Shown here one piece after another: positions 36,423 to 47,752 of a DNA stretch of 64,000 bases. How positions within the stretch are numbered: the stretch's first letter is position 1; every line of letters begins with the position of its first letter. The notes under the pieces are model-generated. The model was not told where the DNA came from. It made no database searches and saw only the letters and a program-made list of their open reading frames with translations. Source of the DNA: Octopus sinensis (taxonomy: Eukaryota); NCBI RefSeq assembly GCF_006345805.1, contig NC_043010.1, forward strand, positions 9,734,001 through 9,798,000, read 5' to 3'. The position numbers and the translations under genes were made by a program.

Positions 36423-38810
36423 CTGAGTAGTTGCTGGTAATGTTCTGGATGAAGAGGAATCCCAGTCGTTTTGTGATTCAACATCTGGATAAAGTTGACT
36501 GCGTGATCTAAACATCTGGCTACTTCTTATGTCATCTGGACTTCTTAATGTCACAATAGAATTACTTGTCTCTGATATTAAGTTCCTCTTTTCTCTACAA
36601 AACTTATTCATATGATTTAATTTTGCCCCATGAGAGGTATTTTTCAAATTGTTGTATCTGACAACACAAGCTGTTATGAAAATAACAAGAGCCACTGATA
36701 ATATTACTGCTACAACAACAATAACAATGGCTAAATTAAGATTTATCATTCCATCTGTTTGTTTGTATGTTGCAGTGAGCATTTCTGATGTGTTATTGCT
36801 TAATATGACTTTCAAAGACAGTGTAGTTGTTGCTGATAGTGTGGGAGTACCATTATCTTTGACAGCTACTTTTAGCCTGTATGTCCCAGCATCAGTTTGG
36901 TAAATTGGACGAGAGAATGACAAGTGACCAGTGTAAGGATTCACTTTGAACATCAGCTTGTCATCTCCTCCCACTATTTCATACCTGAGAAAAGCATTCA
37001 TTCGACTGTCTCTGTCAGAAGCTTTCAGAACAGTAATATTATTCTTTGACTGAGGATGATAAAAAATATCAAGACTGAAAGGATTAATGTTAGGGAAAAC
37101 AAAATATGGAGCATTGTCATTCTCGTCCATAACTTCAACAATAACATTTGCTGTGTTGTTTAAAGAAGGAATTCCGTTGTCTTTTACTAAAACTTTAAAT
37201 TTATAAATTTCTTTTTGTTCACAATCTAATGTTCTTGTAGTTGATATAAAACCATTTTTTGTAATTTTAAAAGGAAGGTAATTTTTATTGCTTTCTAATA
37301 AGAAATAAGTTAACTCTCCTCCAACTCCTGTGTCTTGATCAGTGGCATTAATAAAGCCAATTGGAAAATTTGGTTTCTGGTTTTCGTAGGTCAAAAATTT
37401 GAAAGTTTGTTTTGAGAACTGTGGCCTTAAGTCATTGACGTCTAATACTTGAATTGAGAACTTGCTCTCTGTTTTTAAGGGTGGGGTACCTTTGTCTTGA
37501 CAAGATATTGTGATATCATAATTATCCTCTTTCTCCCTATCAACAGCTTGTTTTACAATTACTTTATATTCTTTGGACCCTAAACTTAAAAGCTGAAAGG
37601 TTTTATGCTTTAGATCACAAGTGACTTCACCATTCTCTCCAATATCATTATCAGTGACCATTACATAAGCAATGAAACTGCCTATTTTGATATCTTCAGA
37701 AATAGCCACTCTGTTTTCAGTTAATGCGCTAACAAAGTTCACATCTATATTTGGTGCATTATTTTGCTGGTTCACCACATTAACAACAACCATTGCAATT
37801 GAACTCAAAGGAGGTCGTCCTCCATCAGTAGCTCGAACGAATAGCTTATGAACCAATGTTTGACCCAATGCAAATATCTTTTGTAGGAAAATTTCTCCGG
37901 TTTGTTTATTGAGTTTAAAGTGATCTTTAGCAATATCTGATGTTTTCAGTGTAAAGTGATAAGTGATATTTGCATTTTCTCCAATGTCCATATCTTTTGC
38001 TGAGAGAACAACAATAGGGGCTTCTTGATGTAGTTCGTTTTTTATTGAAACATTGTAGATATTCTGTGAGAAAATAGGAACATTATCATTGACATCAGTA
38101 ACTGAAATCTTTACACCTAGAATACTTTGTTTTGTAGGATATCCTCCATCTTTTGCAATTACTTGAAGTGAATAAATATCTTTTACTTCTCGATTTAGTC
38201 GTTCTCCTAAATTGATGGACAATTCTGAGGTGCCATCCAGGTTCTTAGAAACTGTTAATGTAAATGGCTCATCTTTCTTTTTCTTTAACTGATATGTAAT
38301 CTGTGAATTCAAAAGCCCTACATCTTTATCTACAGCATTAGGTAATGATCTTCTGGCTCCTTTGCTATCATCTTCAGAAAATTCTATTGTTATTTCTTTC
38401 TTTTGAAATTGAGGTTTATGGTCATTAATATCTTCTAATATTACCTTGATTTTAAGTATTTTCATAAATGTTTCAGCTCTTTTAACAGCAACTTTCACTA
38501 TCCTGAAACATTCTGTGTTGTACATACAAAGAGACTCAGCATCCAGCTTTCTAGCCGTAAATAATTTTCCTGTCTTTGAAACATTGAACAGCCCTGAACT
38601 TTTGGTGGTGCTACGCAGAAGTTGACTAAATGTAATCAAATGGTGATCCTCCAGATGTACATTGTGTAGCAAATGTGAATCCGATGCAATATCTCCTAAA
38701 AAGCTTCCTTCACTCTTTTCCTCCTCCACATGGTAGGTGAGGTCGACGCAGGTGGAGATCGGAACCAGAGACAACAATGTCCACAGAGTTACCAGTGTAT
38801 TATGACTCAT
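36423..38810 (-). CDS. Pcdh: Protocadherin, large coding exon (signal peptide, 6 cadherin repeats, TM, proximal cytoplasmic tail; 796 codons)
   Basis: ORF 36387-38906. Signal peptide MSHNTLVTLWTLLSLVPISTC; EC1 with C-x5-C (CMYNTEC); linker motifs DINDHKP, DVNDNVP, DVNDLRP, DENDNAP; LNRE/VDRE/LDCE; TM LAIVIVVVAVILSVALVIFITACVV (~36660-36740). Acceptor ttttcctcttttctttcAG at 38861-38860 precedes the ATG at 38810; donor CAG|GTAAGG at 36423/36422, phase 0. Confidence 0.96.
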
Positions 38811-38841
38811 TACTGCTACAACTTTTGATAAGATGCTAATC

Positions 38842-38859
38842 TCAAAACATCCCAGGCAT
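38842..38859 (-). promoter_or_regulatory. Short uORF (MPGMF*) at the start of the protocadherin coding exon
   Basis: ATG CCT GGG ATG TTT TGA begins at the first exon base after the acceptor, out of frame with and ending before the main ATG at 38810. Confidence 0.5.
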
Positions 38860-38978
38860 CTGAAAGAAAAGAGGAAAAATATTACTTTTAAAGTAAACAG
38901 TAACAAGTAAAGAAATTAAATATCATTATTACTATAGACATTTCCATACGTTAGACAAAGTGGTGATTAGTTTTACAT

Positions 38979-39357
38979 GGAAGCACTCCGTCGGTTACGA
39001 CGACGAGGGTTCCAGTTGATCCAATCAACGGAACAGCCTGCTCATGAAATTAACGTGTAAGTGGCTGAGCACTCCACAGACACATGTAACCTTAACGCAG
39101 TTCTCGGGGATATTCAGCGTGACACAGAGAGTGACAAGGCCGGCCCTTTGAAATACAGGTACAACAGAAACAGGAAATAAGAGTCAGAGAAAGTTGTGGT
39201 GAAAGAGTACAGCAGGGATCACCACCATCCCCTGCCGGAGCCTCATGGAGCTTTAGGTGTTTTCGCTCAATAAACTCACAACACCCGGTCTGGGAATCGA
39301 AACCGCAATCCTACAACCGCGAGTCCGCTGCCCTAACCACTGGGCCATTGCGCCTCC
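38979..39357 (-). mobile_element. SINE family D, full length
   Basis: 12-bp TSD TTAGTTTTACAT at 38967-38978 and 39358-39369; ends 118 nt from the Pcdh acceptor. Confidence 0.9.
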
Positions 39358-40147
39358 TTAGTTTTACATACTGTTTAGCAATTAGTCAACCCTGACTGAG
39401 CAGACTTATGATAAGTATTCCAGCCATGATCATCTCATCTTTATATCTAGGGTTACATTATCCAATGTAACATTTCATTTCATAAAATGGCAGATAGTGA
39501 TTTGAGAAATATTTGGCTGTCAATTCTAGCAGATCAAATTACCCCACAAAAACTTTTATATTGGCTTGTGAAGAGCTAGGCTGTGATCCTCCAGATATAT
39601 ATTTAACACTCATTTCAAGCTGTGACCACCCTAACTTTTTCCTTTTGTACTGGGAGACAATATCATTCAATGTATGCTGTGATTTGAGAGAGAGAGATTT
39701 GGTTGCTATTTTTAGCAAACTGTGTGACAATAAAGTAACTCCCTTGTTGGCTGGTGAAGAGTGTAATTGCTTAGAGCATTAGAGTGAATCCTTTTATACA
39801 TGAATCAATGGCACTCTACTGACCTGCAACTATTCAATAAAGAATTAATCTTCTTGAATGTAAAATAGTATCAACTGAGAAAAATCTGTGCTAATGCAAT
39901 TAGCTGTTGATTTTTTTTTTTTTTTTTAGGAAAATGAATTCTAAGTGAAACCAGTGATATTGAGTGATGTCTAGCATTTGCGTATTCTCTCTGTGTTTCT
40001 GTTATTGATGAAACCTTACTAGTATAGAAAGCCAAAATTATTTCAATACAAGATTTGCAAAGTAAAGTTTTAATTCTATAACCAACTAAGCCATTTCAAA
40101 TAAAGTAAAGTTTGGATATGCTTATCTAAATATATCATCAGATATAT

Positions 40148-40520
40148 GGAGTGGCTGTGTGGTAAGTAGCTTGCTAACCAACCACATGGTTGCAGGTTCA
40201 GTCCCACTGCGTGGCATCTTGGGCAAGTGTCTTCTGCTATAGCCCCGGGCCGACCAATGCCTTGTGAGTAGATTTGGTAGACGGAAACTGAAAGAAGCCT
40301 GTCGTATATATGTATATATATATATATATGTGTGTGTTTGTCCCCCTAGCATTGCTTGACAACCAATGCTGGTGTGTTTACGTCCCCGTCACTTAGCGGT
40401 TCGGCAAAAGAGACCAATAGAATAAGTACTGGGCTTACAAAGAATAAGTCCCAGGGTCGATTTGCTCGACTAAAGGCGGTGCTCCAGCATGGCCGCAGTC
40501 AAATGACTGAAACAAGTAAT
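40148..40520 (+). mobile_element. SINE family A
   Basis: Homology. Confidence 0.9.
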
Positions 40521-41087
40521 AGAGTAATAGTGTAATAGAGACACTCTTTACAATAACAGAAAATATGATTTCTGTCAGGGTTGTTGCAGCAACATTATAA
40601 GACTTCAAGCAAAGCAATGCACTAGGATCCCCTACATTCACACAACTAGAACATACATAGATCAGTATGGAGCCTCCTTAGGTCCATGAGGTGCCTTGCA
40701 CTGGAAACTACCCTTGTGCTCATGCTTTAGGACAGCACTGGCTTCCAAGCCTAGCCATGTTCATGGACGAACTTCATAGAGGACATACATTTGCCAAGTT
40801 AATGAAAAACTAGCCCAGTACACAGTTGATTTAGATGAGGATCAATCGTGATTTAGGTGGGGGCCTAACATCTCTTGCATTGTGGACTATCTCTTTCTGG
40901 AAATGTAAGATGCGGAAGAAGAGAGAACTAATAACCAACTAAACACTCTCTATTGTGCTCTCAATTTCAAATGGATCTCGGACAACTGATGGCAGCCAAT
41001 TACCTGAAGCTCAACTCACTGCAACGAACTAGCTGCTACTAACTTAATGCTGATATTAGAAATAAGACAACATGCTATGATATAGAA

Positions 41088-41287
41088 CAGTGCTTTTCAA
41101 ACTTTTTGCTGGAGCGGAACCCCAAGGAAACATTCCACTGGCTCAAGGAACCCCTGTGCAATGATTTAATAGTCTTATGCACACATATCTGCACAGGATA
41201 ATTAAAAATTACTGCCGATTTTAGCAGTTTTGTAATTTCTTGCGGAACCCCTGGACTATTCTGCAGAACACTGGTTGAAAACCACTG
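41088..41287. mobile_element. hAT (Charlie-like) MITE, 200 bp
   Basis: TIRs CAGTGCTTTTCAA / TTGAAAACCACTG; 8-bp TSD ATATAGAA at 41080-41087 and 41288-41295. Confidence 0.85.
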
Positions 41288-41982
41288 ATATAGAAAAACT
41301 AATTTTTCTTTAATCAAAATTCTGTGTAATGAATTAAGTCTCATAAACTGTTTATTAATGTTAAAAATAATGCAATATGCTTAAAAATGGCATCAATTAT
41401 TAAAAGTTATAGGGAATTCCTTTGAGGAATTCCCTATAACTTAGAATTCTTTAGTTATTGGAATTCTAACTATAACTTTAAAGTATTTAATAGTACTAAC
41501 GCCTATTTTAGTGACACTTTCCTTTAAGACATTTTGGATGGTATGATATTAAATGTTATAAAAATTAGATTTCATGGATATTTTTTGTAAATATTAACAC
41601 TTATCATGTATTTTGTTTCCCTTTTTGACAATGGGTAACTTGAGAGGATTCAAATATGATAACACATGGTGTAATTTTTGCCTCTGCCCTTTAAGTTTAT
41701 TTTTTCAATACTTAAAAAAAAATATTGATACAATGATTGCAATTTTGACTGTATTTTAGGTTGCATGTTCTATTTGTTAGATTTAGAATTAAAATTTTTA
41801 AATCTAAAATTTGATCATAGCAGCAAGCTGGCTATTAGTTATAAATTAGTTGCAATAAGTTGAATTCTGGCTTGTTGGCAGTGACAAGATTAACTGATTT
41901 CTATCTAAGATTGCCAAAATTCTGAAATTCCTCTTCTAAATGGAATAAAAAGAAATTAATAATTTTTGTATACTCTTTACTC

Positions 41983-42385
41983 TTTACTTTTTTACTTGTT
42001 TCAGTCATGTGATTGTGGCCATGCTGGAGCACCACTTTTAGTCGAGCAAATCTACCCCAGGACTTTTACTTTGTAAGCCTAGTACTTATTCTATTGGTCT
42101 CTTTTTCCAAACTGCTAAGTTATGGGGATGTAAACACACCAGCATCGGTTGTCAAATGATGTTGGAGGGACAAACACAGACACACAAACATACACACACA
42201 CACATATATATAGACATATATACGACGGGCTTCTTTCAGTTTCCGTCTACCAAATCCAGTCACAAGGTTTTGGTCAACCCCAAGCTATAGTAGAAGACAC
42301 TTGCCCAAGGTGCCATGCAGTGGGACTGAACCCGGAACCATGTGGTTGGTAAGCAAGCTACTTACCACATAGCCACTGCTATGCC
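41983..42385 (-). mobile_element. SINE family A
   Basis: Homology. Confidence 0.9.
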
Positions 42386-42500
42386 TATTTGTATTTATTT
42401 AGTTTGTAGAATTATTTTGGTACTCTAGGAGGATCAAACTGCTAATGAAAACACATGCATCAGATATACTTAACTTTTATTACTTCAGTTTTATTATAAA

Positions 42501-42899
42501 CTAGCAGTATAGCCCTGCGTTGCTCGGGCTTGTTTCCTTTTCGACCCTTTAGAATTGGAATTTTTGAAAAGTAAAAATTTTGCATTATGTAGCTTGTTAT
42601 TCTCTTTAAGTGAACATTTTTCTTGTTGAAATATACCGAAAAATGGCGAGACAGCAGTAAAAAAATCGTAAAATATAGGAATTTTCATAGAAAAAAAAGC
42701 ACCTTTTTGATGTAAATAATTTTTGGTGTTAACATGGTCCGATTTGAATTTTTTCTTCTATGGAAGGAAGAGCAAGCCTTCTTCTATCATACTCTCAATT
42801 TTGATCAACTTGCACCACAGGGTCTCGGAGGAGACAGTGTTAGTTTAAGGCTACCAAACCTGCCATACACAGACAACTTCAGCTTTATATATATATAGA
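42501..42899 (-). mobile_element. Non-autonomous Helitron
   Basis: Minus strand A|TCTATATATATATAAAG...CCCGAGCAACGCAGGGCTATACTGCTAG|T. Confidence 0.8.
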
Positions 42900-43471
42900 T
42901 TAACTAGAATAGTTTATTTTTTTTGTTTATGAATTACTTAATTCATAATAAAACTAAAGTGATATACAAACACTATGACCTTCCCAAAATGCAACAATAA
43001 AAGGAATACAAATAAAAAAAAAATACATGCTGTATATCTTCAAGTCATTTTTTATTTTAATCTTTTAATATATTTTTCATATGATACACAAATTATATTT
43101 CTGTAAAAAACTAATTGAATTAGCTTCCACAAACTATTGATGGCCTATATACATGAGTTAAAAAATATCTTTTTATCTAAGCATAGTCCACAGAGTATAG
43201 TTTAAGCATAAGCTGTTGTTACACAGAATATCACATATATAAAGTTATCTTTGAGTTTTATGTAAAATCTGTCAGAATGAATGATGCTATCCCAGAATTA
43301 TTCTATAATCGCATCTCTTTAAATGCTGGATATATGAATTTTCCTAATGACTTTTTATTTATTTATTTATTTATTAATTTTGTGAATATACACACACAAA
43401 AAAAAATGTGTATATAGTTGAATTATATTGTAGAGAGAACTATATGTTTGCTTAATAGGCTGTGTCTGCAT

Positions 43472-44027
43472 GGATGGATGGAAGCACTCCCGTCGGTTAT
43501 GATGACGAGGGTTCCGGTTGATCCGAATCAACGGAACAGCCTGCTCGTGAAATTAACGTGTAAGTGGCTGAGCACTCCACAGACACGTGCACCCTTAACG
43601 TAGTTCTCGGGGATATTCAGCGTGACACAGAGAGTGACAAGGCCGGCCCTTTGAAATACAGGTACAACAGAAACAGGAAGTAAGAGTGAGAGAAAGTTGT
43701 GGTGAAAGAGTACAGCAGGGATCACCACCATCCCCTGCCGAAGCCTCATGGAGCTTTAGGTGTTTTCGCTCAATAAACACTCACAACGCCCGGTCTGGGA
43801 ATCGAAACTGCGATCCTACGACCGCGAGTTCGCTGTCCTAACCACTGGGCCATTGCGCCTCCACGGTGAAAGAGTACAGCAGGGATCACCACCATCCCTG
43901 CCGGAGCCTCATGGAGCTTTTAGGTGCTTTCGCTCAATAAACACTCACAACGCCCGGTCTGGGAATCGAAACTGCGATCCTACGACCGCGAGTCCGCTGC
44001 CCTAACCACTGGGCCATTGCGCCTCCA
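43472..44027 (-). mobile_element. SINE family D with duplicated 163-bp head
   Basis: 43865-44027 repeats 43702-43864; a single TSD CTGTGTCTGCAT (43460-43471, 44028-44039) encloses both; (TCCA)n tail. Confidence 0.9.
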
Positions 44028-44334
44028 CTGTGTCTGCATACAGTTTGTAGATAAACGCAACAGTCTTGACATTAACAACAAACAGCAAGAATAGAAATCC
44101 ACTTAAGACTTGGAATATTCTGGTCAGCTCAGTTCAGATTTTTCACTTCTTCTCAGAGACTCTGGCATTGTTTACTGACTGACTTGCTAAGTGTTTAAGA
44201 TAAATCTTTAACAACAACAACACTCTGCTACTTTGAACCCTTAACTACTGGTATTTATTGATTCCAAAATTTATAACAGGAAATCTTAACATCAGAAAGC
44301 ATATTTTCATTTCACGTTGCTTTATATATATATT

Positions 44335-44406
44335 TATTATTACTGTTGTTATCATCATCATCACCATCACCATCATCATCATCATTACCATCACCACCAT
44401 CATCAC

Positions 44407-44463
<57 letters not shown>

Positions 44464-44603
44464 TGTTATTATTATTATCATTATTATTATTATTACTACT
44501 ATCATCATCATCACCATCACCATCACCATCACCATCATCATCATCATCATCATCATTGTTATTATTATTACTACTATCATCATCATCATCATCATCATTA
44601 TTA

Positions 44604-44647
<44 letters not shown>

Positions 44648-44810
44648 GTCGGCGCTGTCGTCGTCATCATCATCATCATCATCACCATCATCATCATTAT
44701 CATCATTATTATTATCATTATTATTATTATTATTATTATCATTATTATTACTATTATTATTATTATTATTATTGTTATTATTATCATTATCATTATTATT
44801 ATTTGTCATT
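44335..44810. repeat. (CAT)n/(TAT)n compound trinucleotide repeat
   Basis: Direct reading; source of poly-His/Ile/Asp ORFs. Confidence 0.95.
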
Positions 44811-46489
44811 GTTGATAAGAGTTTATACACTACTGGAAACCATTACGGAGTATTCAAGTAATATCGAATGGCTTTTAAGAGACACAAATCTTAGCTGATT
44901 TAAATTCAGCATGCTATGGGGGTGAATAAGAAGAGAGAAAAAAAAAAGAGAAAGAAGCAAAGGAGTGAGAAGAGAAGATGCATACAGCTTATACAAAAGG
45001 AAGCAGTTTAGAGTCAGTTGTAGAAGCATTTAGTTGAAAGTATTGTCGGTTTATGCAACTAGCTGCGAATGCCTTGCAATAATAGTACAATGAGTAGCAA
45101 TAATGAAGCGATGAGTTAGGTGTAATTTACTCTTCTTTAACACTTCACCAAAGAAAAAAATTTTTTTAAAAACTAAAAAAAAAAAACTTGGAACAATAAT
45201 TGCTGTGCATTATTTTCAGTTTGATTTAACATAAAAAAATTTTTTAAATAATTATAAAAAAAAATAAAGGACGCTAACATTACTTTAAAATCTATTTCTG
45301 GTGACAGAAAGAGTGGTGGGTGTGATATTTAATAAAGCTGATATAATGATCGGCAAATTTGTAATGCCAAATAATAAATGAAGTAAAGAGATATAGATGG
45401 AAACGATGAAAGCTATGAACAAATGCTTTGAGTTAACAAATGGCAAAGAAGAATAATCGCTTTAAAGAAAATAAGAAAAAAAGATTTAGATGACTGAGTC
45501 AGAGCTCATAAAACTGGGGAATTCCAATAAATGAGTGAAGTAGACAGTTCCTCCAATCTGTTCTGCCTATAATTACACATGATGGAACATTTCAGCCCAG
45601 TGGAAAGCAAACAGAAAAATTTTTCTTTCCTTTCATTTTTCTCTCTCTCCACCCTTCCCACCTCACCTCTATCCCCACCACCACCACCACACCACCACCA
45701 TCACCACCACATACCAATGTTGGTAGTGACTGTGAAGACAGGAATGTCGAGGAGGTAAATTGCAGAAGCTGTAGGATGAAGAATTTGATTAAAAAGAAAT
45801 ATGAATGACTTTATCCCTAGATTAACAACTCTTAAGTAGAATTTGGTAATATTTCTAGTTAAAAGGTTTTACAAAATGTTGAGGCAAATACGGGAAGCTT
45901 AAGTGAACACTGTCGACATTTCAACATGTAAGAAGTGCTACACAATCAAGGAAAAAGCATGGACCGAGTAAAGTAAAGCTCAAGTGTAGCCAGAAGCGGA
46001 TAAGATTAAAGGTGAGAGAGAACAAGAACAGAATTGCAGGAGACTGACATGAAAGAAGAAATCCAAACTGGGTGAGAAGTAGAAAGGAAATGTAAGATGA
46101 AAGCAGAGAAAAAAAATACTTTACAAAGCAGTGAAAAATACTATATAATTTTCTTCAGTTTCTTTCATATTGATAGGGTATATTTTGTTTGTTTCCTTTA
46201 TAAAACCATTCTTTTTTAAATGATGTTTTAAAAAGGAAATGAATTTTTTTTCTTATTAAATTTGTGATTTTTTCCTTTCAGCTTTAGATTGTGAAAATTT
46301 GATAAAATAATCCAAATTGTTGTAGTTTACAGATGTGAATAAATTTTGCAGTTTTGGAAATAGCAATAGTAGCTTATATTAACACGTGTAAAATTTTCGT
46401 AATTAACTATTCATTAAAGCGATTAATCTGCAAGCAAGATTTTATGTGGGTTTGTACAGGTGATGGATTCAGTATTAAATTTTTATTGG

Positions 46490-46527
46490 GTACAACATAT
46501 GTTTTGACCCTGGGTCTCATCAGGTAC
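46490..46527 (-). ncRNA. Minimal hammerhead motif, G12A-mutated (left arm of palindrome)
   Basis: Minus strand GTAC-CTGATGA-GACCC-A-GGGTC-AAAAC-ATAT-GTT-GTAC. Confidence 0.6.
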
Positions 46528-46629
46528 ATTGATAATGATATGTCTCACTACAGATTTTTAGTGTCAGCTGACTTGTTGTTATACATCAGCTGACACAAAA
46601 AATCTATAGTCTGACATATCTTTATCAAT

Positions 46630-46674
46630 GTACCTGATGAGACCCAAACTGATGGGTCAAAACATATGTTGTAT
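46630..46674 (+). ncRNA. Minimal hammerhead motif, G12A-mutated (right arm of palindrome)
   Basis: GTAC-CTGATGA-GACCCA-AACTGA-TGGGTC-AAAAC-ATAT-GTT-GTAT. Confidence 0.65.
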
Positions 46675-46829
46675 CCAATAAAGATTTAATACTGAATCCA
46701 TCTCCTGTTAATTAATATATATATATAAAGTAAATCCCCAAAAAGGAAGAACAAACACCAAACAACAGCAACATGCAGACGTGGTACATATAAAGTATTT
46801 GCAGATCCTCAGGGCAGGAAAGAAAGATG

Positions 46830-46865
46830 GTTTAACATTTTGAGCAGATGCTCTTCATCAGAAAC
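46830..46865 (-). ncRNA. Minimal hammerhead motif, decayed, in a Penelope-type terminal fragment (~46730-46952)
   Basis: Minus strand GTTT-CTGATGA-A-GAGC-ATCT-GCTC-AAAAT-GTT-AAAC; both deviations from GAAAC fall at CpG positions. Confidence 0.6.
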
Positions 46866-47024
46866 AGGAGAGGGAGAAAAGTCTAAGAGAAAAGGAAAAT
46901 GGAGGGAAAAAATTGCCAATGATCCACGTGGTTACATTTTGGGAGTGAAGTGCATATATATATATATAATATATAATATATATATATATATATATGTATG
47001 TATATGTATGTATATATATATATG

Positions 47025-47079
<55 letters not shown>

Positions 47080-47100
47080 ATGTATGTATATATATATATG

Positions 47101-47148
<48 letters not shown>

Positions 47149-47375
47149 CTATATACATACATATATGTATATACACACACACACACACATTTTCTTTTAA
47201 TAGAGTTTTATAACCTGAAACCATAGGTTTTGTATAAATATTTTTGCTGTCATTCAGCTAAAATCTTTTTGGTTAATGTTTGTTTTTCCATGCTAATGTG
47301 GGTTGGATGGGGATTAATTTGAGGCAGGATTTTATGGCAGGATTTTATACACACACACACATGCACACACATATA

Positions 47376-47752
47376 TACGATGGGCTTTACAGTTTCTGCT
47401 CTCCACATTCACTCATAGGTTATTGGTTGACCTGAGTTTATTATAGGAGACAACCAAATTCATGGAGTGGGACCGAACTGGAATTGAGTGGGACTGAACA
47501 GGAGTGGAGTGGGACCAAACTGGAATTGAATAGGACTGAACCTGAATGGAGTGGGACCGAACCTGAATGGAGTGGGACTGAACAGGAGTGGAGTGGGACC
47601 GAACCTGAATGGAGTGGGACTGAACAGGAGTGGAGTGGGACCGAACCTGAATGGAGTGGGACTGAAACCAAGTAGAATAGAACTGAACCTGAATAGAGTG
47701 GGACTGAACCTGAAACCCTGTTGTTATGTGGTTGTGAAGCAAATTTGTTAAC
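47376..47752 (-). mobile_element. Old SINE family A head containing a 21-bp minisatellite
   Basis: Flanks align to the SINE A head; the array unit equals the AGTGGGACTGAACC segment. Confidence 0.7.
47465..47717. repeat. 21-bp minisatellite, ~12 units
   Basis: GAGTGGGAC(C/T)GAAC(CTGAATG/AGGAGTG). Confidence 0.9.

Larger units (their letters stand above)
46457..46708. repeat. Palindrome (~115-120-bp arms, 14-nt loop) carrying two hammerheads
   Basis: 46457-46571 versus 46586-46708, few mismatches. Confidence 0.9.

Noticed and set aside
36387-38906. 839-aa single-exon protein as listed in the ORF track
   Set aside because: The first 32 codons span an intron acceptor and the last 11 follow a consensus donor; the spliced model fits better.
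44245-44898. Poly-His/poly-Ile/poly-Asp ORFs
   Set aside because: Open in most frames on both strands because the trinucleotide repeat lacks stops.
45499-45512. AP-1 site TGAGTCA in unique upstream sequence
   Set aside because: A single 7-mer is expected by chance in 64 kb.
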